Assembly (NCBI GenBank): GCA_044226015.1
Contig: JBGAHS010000001.1
Location: 768,001 to 832,000, forward strand
Direction: 5' to 3'
Length of the DNA stretch: 64,000 nt
Source of the DNA: Candidatus Obscuribacteraceae bacterium
GTDB taxonomy: Bacteria > Cyanobacteriota > Vampirovibrionia > Obscuribacterales > Obscuribacteraceae
Shown piece after piece: positions 59,022-64,000 of this stretch. The position numbers and the translations under genes were made by a program. The notes beneath the pieces are model-generated. The model searched no databases. It had not been told where the DNA came from and saw nothing but the letters and a program-made list of their open reading frames with translations. Numbering within the stretch: position 1 is the stretch's first letter; each line of letters opens with the position of its first letter.

Positions 59022-60980
59022 ATGACAGCAACTCAAGTACAGTTCAATGCCTCCACTCGCTTCTTTACTATAGCCACCGCGGGTCATGTCGATCATGGCA
59101 AAACTAGCTTGTTGCGCAGGCTTACTGGTATTGACCCTGACCGCCTCAAAGAGGAAAAAGAGCGGCAGATGACCACTGATCTTGGCTTTGCTTATCTACC
59201 CTTAGATTCCAATCTGGTACTCGGTTTCGTGGACGTTCCTGGCCACGGCAAGTTTTTGAAGAACATGTTAGCTGGAGTCGGGGGAATTGACCTTGCACTG
59301 CTGGTGGTGGCGGCAGATGAGGGTCCTATGCCTCAAACTCGCCAGCACGTGAGAATTCTTAGTATGCTCGGAGTGAGCAGAGCCCTTGTTGCTGTAACGA
59401 AAATAGATCTTCTGCAAGACCGAGAAGAAATAGAGCTGGTCATTGATGATACTCGTGAGATGCTGGAAGCGCATGGAATTAAGGCACTCGACTTCATCCC
59501 GATATCTTCAAGCAGTGGTGAAGGCTTTGATGTTCTGCAACTTGCATTAAAAAATGTTTTGTCGGAGCTGCCAGAGCGAGACCTTCGTTCGACATTGTTT
59601 TTGCCGGTCGACAGAGTTTTTAGCAAAGCGGGCTTCGGGACTGTAATCACTGGTACTGTTGTCTCTGGAAAAATTGCCGTCGGGGATCAATTGTTCATTG
59701 AACCGGGTGATATTTCAGCTCGTGTCAGACGATTGGAAACGCATGGTCAAACTGTAAATGAGGCTCATCCCGGACAACGTGTTGCTTGCAATCTCGTGAT
59801 TAAGGAAGGAGAGAAGCTCAGTCGTGGGTTCGTGTTGACTGGTGCTGCGATCAGTCCATCGCGCTCGCTGATTGTCAGTTTGTCTGATCGCCCCCGTCTT
59901 TTGACTCAGCCGCTTAGCGAGCGACTCTCCGACCAACCTATTCGTCTCTACCATGGCACAGCCGAATACCAGGGCTACCTGCGTTGGGTGGAAGATGAAG
60001 AACTTGATGCGGCAGAAAATTCTAAATATCAGCAGGGCTTGGGCTTTGTTGCATTGCAAGATGACGGAGTACTTTCTGCTCAGGATAAGTTTGTGATTCG
60101 CTTGACGGATGACACCATATATGGTGGCTCAATCCTTTTGCGGGATAGACCCAAATGGCTAAGTAAAGGCGAGATTCTTCAACTCGCAAGAATGCTCGAT
60201 AAGGAACAGTTTGCAGAGTCGCTGAAGCTATTTCTAGATGAGGCTCCGGCAATGATGCTTCGAGAAGCGCAGCTCTCGATGATAATTCCTGAGTCAATAT
60301 TAAAAATACAAATTGAGCAAGGACTAAAAGACGGTTCTCTGCTTCGCTTGAGCGAGTTCATACTAAGTAAAGACGCTCGCAAAACACTCAAGGAAAGGTT
60401 ATTACACGCTCTCACCGAGTTACTTGCGCTTCCTGAAAATGAGGAGGGTGCAAACATCGAAGTCTTGCGTCAGAAACTTCAACCGAAAATTGAGAGAATT
60501 GCATATCAAGCTTTAATCGAAGAAGAAAGCACCCAGAATTCTATCGTTCGCAAAGGCGAGTTTGTGCTTCTACCTGGAACCACTTCCAGCAAGGCGGCTT
60601 CTCCGGCGTTGGCAGAGGCTGAGCAAAAAGTGCTTGCTGTGTTGGACAATTGCTGGTGCCTTGAACTTGATGAAATCGCTCAACAATCTGGTTTGGATCT
60701 CAAGACAGTTAAGTCTGTTGTGAATAAGCTGACAAAGGCGGAAGAGCTTGTTGTTGCTAGCTTCGATTTTATTGCGCGAAAATCGAAAATCGACGAGGCA
60801 CACCAGGTGCTGGCAGACTTGTGGACAGCAAAACGAAGTATCGCACCGACTGACTTCAAAGAGAAAATTGGGGTGACACGCAAATATGCGATGGCATTGT
60901 TGCAATACTTCGACGATAACAAGATTACTCGCAGGCTTGAATCAGGAAGGGTTTTGCTAAAGGGCCCAACCCGCCGTTAA
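59022..60980 (+). CDS. selB: Selenocysteine-specific elongation factor SelB
   Basis: [59 protein letters not shown]-terminal winged helix [17 protein letters not shown]. Confidence 0.93.
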   Translation: MTATQVQFNASTRFFTIATAGHVDHGKTSLLRRLTGIDPDRLKEEKERQMTTDLGFAYLPLDSNLVLGFVDVPGHGKFLKNMLAGVGGIDLALLVVAADEGPMPQTRQHVRILSMLGVSRALVAVTKIDLLQDREEIELVIDDTREMLEAHGIKALDFIPISSSSGEGFDVLQLALKNVLSELPERDLRSTLFLPVDRVFSKAGFGTVITGTVVSGKIAVGDQLFIEPGDISARVRRLETHGQTVNEAHPGQRVACNLVIKEGEKLSRGFVLTGAAISPSRSLIVSLSDRPRLLTQPLSERLSDQPIRLYHGTAEYQGYLRWVEDEELDAAENSKYQQGLGFVALQDDGVLSAQDKFVIRLTDDTIYGGSILLRDRPKWLSKGEILQLARMLDKEQFAESLKLFLDEAPAMMLREAQLSMIIPESILKIQIEQGLKDGSLLRLSEFILSKDARKTLKERLLHALTELLALPENEEGANIEVLRQKLQPKIERIAYQALIEEESTQNSIVRKGEFVLLPGTTSSKAASPALAEAEQKVLAVLDNCWCLELDEIAQQSGLDLKTVKSVVNKLTKAEELVVASFDFIARKSKIDEAHQVLADLWTAKRSIAPTDFKEKIGVTRKYAMALLQYFDDNKITRRLESGRVLLKGPTRR

Positions 60981-61135
60981 GCGCTCCCTCCAAATTTAAT
61001 CAGCGCCACGTTAATTCTGATCTTTGGACTTCAAATTTAATCGATTATTCCAAGCGAATAATTACGTTCAGTGTTTTAATGGCATTGGGTTGGCTTGATT
61101 TATTTTGGTCCTAACACTTGTTCAGGAGATAGCAA

Positions 61136-62506
61136 ATGAATCGTCCCGGTTCCAACCTTTGTCGCGCTTCTTTCGTTTCAGCCAGACCAAAGCATCTGAT
61201 GTTAGCAGCTCTAATATCACTGGCTTCAGCGATGCAGCTATCTGACGCAAGTTTTGCTGCTAAAGAAAACGTTCCGCAGAAACCGAGCATCGCAGCGTCT
61301 GCAGATGTGGATTTTGGACCGTACATGGCTGATTTGCAGAAAAAGATAAAAAAAGCTTGGATGCCGCCGCGGCAACAAAGCTCAAAACGAGTCACAACTT
61401 GCTTCAAGGTACACCGCGACGGTAGCGTTAGTGATGTGAGAGTTGACTCTTCTTCAGGTGATTCTGCCACCGATGAGGCCGGGCTGAATGCTGTAAGAGA
61501 CGCATCTCCTTTTCAGAAGCTACCAGAAGGAAGTCCCGACCTGGTAGACATTCAATTTACCTTTGATTACAACGTCATGGGCAAGCACGCAGGCTCAAGC
61601 GGTGCTGCTGCTGCCAGTGCTGATGCCTTTGATGGAGGCATCTCTAACACTGAAGCGAAGTCCCACGAGTCAAACATAAAAATGCAAGCCGAATCTCTTG
61701 CTAGAGACGGAATGAAGCTGTTTAATTCTGAACACCAGGAAGATGCTCTTCCAGAGCTGGAAGAGCTTTATAGTTTGGTTAGCAAAAACAATTTGTCAGA
61801 TTACACAGAAGAGTTGAGTAGTCTTGGTGATATTTACTACAACAATGATGATTATGAAAAGGCATTGCCAGTTTATCGAAAGGTCGATGAGCTCCTGGCC
61901 AAAAAACGCTCACAAGATTACTACGCTCAAGCGTCAAACAAGCGAGATATCGCATACACTTTGTTGTATTCAGATTTAAGCAAGATTGACGAGTGCCAAA
62001 AATATTTCCACAGCGCGCAAGAATTGAGTAAGAAAGTAGATGATCTTGATTTGAGCAGTGATATTGCATGTGGTGTCGGGCATTGTCTCTGGCAGAAACA
62101 TCAGTACAACGAGGCTAAGCTTCAATATGAGCAGTCCGCTGAGCTTGCCTTGAAAAGTAGTGGGCAAGAGAATCTGGACTATGCGCAAAAGCTCAAAAAT
62201 GTTGCAGACTGCCAATACAAACTTCATGACGATAGCGCTGCATTTGATACCTATTCAAAAGTTGAAAGAATAGATCGAGAGTTCGGTCATTTGGCTGCCG
62301 ATGATGAGGACAAGGAGTTGCATGCAAACCTGAAGGCACTTAGTGCATCAGTAAAACCATCAATCACTCATGAACTGGGCAAGAAAGAAAACAATTGGTG
62401 GTACTACGCCTTTGGCGGCATAATCACTGCGATTGTTTTGCTTTATTTGGTTGGCAGACCGCAAGGAAGCGTCTTTGGCAACTTGAGCGCTAAGAATTTC
62501 AAGTGA
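61136..62506 (+). CDS. TonB/TolA C-terminal domain plus TPR protein with C-terminal TM anchor
   Basis: VDFGPYMADLQKKIKKAW.PP, SSGD...DEAGLNAVRDASPFQKLP, IQFTFDY; TPR helices; WWYYAFGGIITAIVLLYLV. Confidence 0.82.
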   Translation: MNRPGSNLCRASFVSARPKHLMLAALISLASAMQLSDASFAAKENVPQKPSIAASADVDFGPYMADLQKKIKKAWMPPRQQSSKRVTTCFKVHRDGSVSDVRVDSSSGDSATDEAGLNAVRDASPFQKLPEGSPDLVDIQFTFDYNVMGKHAGSSGAAAASADAFDGGISNTEAKSHESNIKMQAESLARDGMKLFNSEHQEDALPELEELYSLVSKNNLSDYTEELSSLGDIYYNNDDYEKALPVYRKVDELLAKKRSQDYYAQASNKRDIAYTLLYSDLSKIDECQKYFHSAQELSKKVDDLDLSSDIACGVGHCLWQKHQYNEAKLQYEQSAELALKSSGQENLDYAQKLKNVADCQYKLHDDSAAFDTYSKVERIDREFGHLAADDEDKELHANLKALSASVKPSITHELGKKENNWWYYAFGGIITAIVLLYLVGRPQGSVFGNLSAKNFK

Positions 62507-62557
62507 AACATTTCCTGATATACTGAACCCCTTCAGTAGATATATAGGAATGTGAGT

Positions 62558-64000
62558 ATGACTAGTCGCAAGACAGCCTCTTTTGGCGCCTGGCAGTCCC
62601 CAATCAGCGCAGAAATGCTGAGTTCCTCAGCTCTGAAAGTAGGACAGACTTTTATTGACTCAAACCGGGCTTACTGGATTGAAACCAGAGCTGCTGAGAA
62701 AGGTCGTAGTGTAGTCGTTTCTGCAAGATTTGATGGCTCTGATGTCGCTGACTTTAGCGCACCTGACTTCAATGTTCGAAACGCTGTTCATGAGTACGGC
62801 GGTGGTGCGGCAATAGTTGAAAATGGAGATTTGTACTTCAGCCATTTTGCCGATCATAAAGTCTATGTTCAGAAAGCCGGCAGCAAGAGCGCTAGTGCTC
62901 TGTGTAAAGAATCAAGCTCACGTTATGCTGATTTTTGTTTGGATTCGAAACGCAATCGTTTGATAGTGGTTCGCGAAGAACATTATGGTCCTGGAGAAGA
63001 ACCACTCAACTTCCTGGATGTTTTGAACCTGGATGGCAGCAGTGAACCTGGAATGTTACTTGCTGGAAGTGATTTCTTTTCTTCTCCAAGAGTCAGCGAA
63101 GACGGACGTTTGTTGGCCTGGTTAAGTTGGAACCATCCCAACATGCCCTGGGACGAAACGAAATTGTGGACGGGCAATCTTGGAAATGATGGCTCTTTGT
63201 CAAATATCCAGTTAGTCGCAGGCGGAAATGGAGAATCAGTCACGCAACCGGAGTGGGGACCAGACGGTACGCTCTACTTTGTTTCTGACAAGAATGGTTG
63301 GTGGAATTTGTGTGCATCTTACAGTGGTCTGGTTGAGCCACTTATCGAGATGGAAGCTGAGTTCGCATATCCTCAATGGGTCTTTGGATTATCGAATTAC
63401 GCTGTGCATAAGACAAGCAATAACATCATTTGCTCTTACAATAAGCATGGTGTATGGAGTCTGGCTGAGTTTAACTCCGAAACGAGAACTCTTTCAGAGA
63501 TAGCAACGCCCTATCAGGACATAAGTTATGTCCGCTGTTCTGAGGACAAAGTTGTGTTTCGAGCTGGCGCATCAGACCGCTTTGCTGAGATAGTTTGTCT
63601 CGATTTGAATAGCAGAGAAACGCAGGTCTTACGACGCTCAAATGTCTGTGATATTGATGCAAAGTATTTTTCTACGGCCGAACCAATCGAGTTTGCTGCA
63701 AAAGATGGTGGCAAAGCCTACGCATTTTACTATCCAGCAAAAAATCCTGACTTTGAAGGTCCTGCTGGCAGCTTGCCGCCGCTGATAGTGAAGAGCCATG
63801 GAGGACCAACCTCTGCGTGCAGTAGCACGCTGGAATTGTCAATTCAGTATTGGACTACACGCGGATTTTCTGTTGTGGACGTGAACTATGGTGGCAGCAC
63901 TGGGTTTGGCCGTCCGTACAGGGAAAGATTGAAAGACAACTGGGGCATAGTGGACATTGATGATTGTGTTAGCGCTGTCGAATATTTGAGCAAAGCTGGA
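62558..64000 (+). CDS. S9 family peptidase (prolyl oligopeptidase/acylaminoacyl peptidase-like), truncated by window end
   Basis: Absent from the track because it has no stop in the window. My translation: MTSRKTASFGAWQSPI.., VHEYGGG, WNHPNMPWD, SHGGPT, DVNYGGSTGFGRPYR..WGIVD; the checked motifs are in frame. Confidence 0.9.
   Translation, partial: MTSRKTASFGAWQSPISAEMLSSSALKVGQTFIDSNRAYWIETRAAEKGRSVVVSARFDGSDVADFSAPDFNVRNAVHEYGGGAAIVENGDLYFSHFADHKVYVQKAGSKSASALCKESSSRYADFCLDSKRNRLIVVREEHYGPGEEPLNFLDVLNLDGSSEPGMLLAGSDFFSSPRVSEDGRLLAWLSWNHPNMPWDETKLWTGNLGNDGSLSNIQLVAGGNGESVTQPEWGPDGTLYFVSDKNGWWNLCASYSGLVEPLIEMEAEFAYPQWVFGLSNYAVHKTSNNIICSYNKHGVWSLAEFNSETRTLSEIATPYQDISYVRCSEDKVVFRAGASDRFAEIVCLDLNSRETQVLRRSNVCDIDAKYFSTAEPIEFAAKDGGKAYAFYYPAKNPDFEGPAGSLPPLIVKSHGGPTSACSSTLELSIQYWTTRGFSVVDVNYGGSTGFGRPYRERLKDNWGIVDIDDCVSAVEYLSKAG

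Overview
Gene-dense chromosomal segment of a Gram-negative bacterium. The gene repertoire (DUF3370, a DUF4388/PatA-N fusion, zinc-knuckle Ser/Thr kinases, giant Gly/Ser/Asn-rich exoproteins, no photosynthesis genes) suggests a non-photosynthetic cyanobacterial relative such as Vampirovibrionia/Obscuribacterales; this is inference only. Contents in order: two tandem giant secreted proteins sharing an N-terminal module and an unrecognised C-terminal domain; a diverged TMTC-like membrane/TPR protein; a signalling cluster (tandem double histidine kinase and two Ser/Thr kinases); a trypsin protease/pseudoprotease pair; a CzcBA-type RND pump preceded by a Cys-rich RAPP leader ORF; MFS, alpha-hydroxy-acid oxidase, SpoIID, TauE, ClC, aminotransferase, GH130 and metallophosphoesterase genes; tRNA-Phe; a degenerate GGDEF-DUF4388 protein; Spy/CpxP; dedA with a (TAGA)8 microsatellite; an orphan selB; a TonB-C/TPR protein; and a truncated S9 peptidase. 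Top leads: (1) a single-chain double histidine kinase whose halves carry complementary lesions; (2) a shared C-terminal domain on giant exoproteins that lack any recognisable secretion signature; (3) the active/dead protease pair; (4) the RAPP leader before the metal pump. No CRISPR array, rRNA or mobile element was seen. All family calls are by motif recognition, not by database search.
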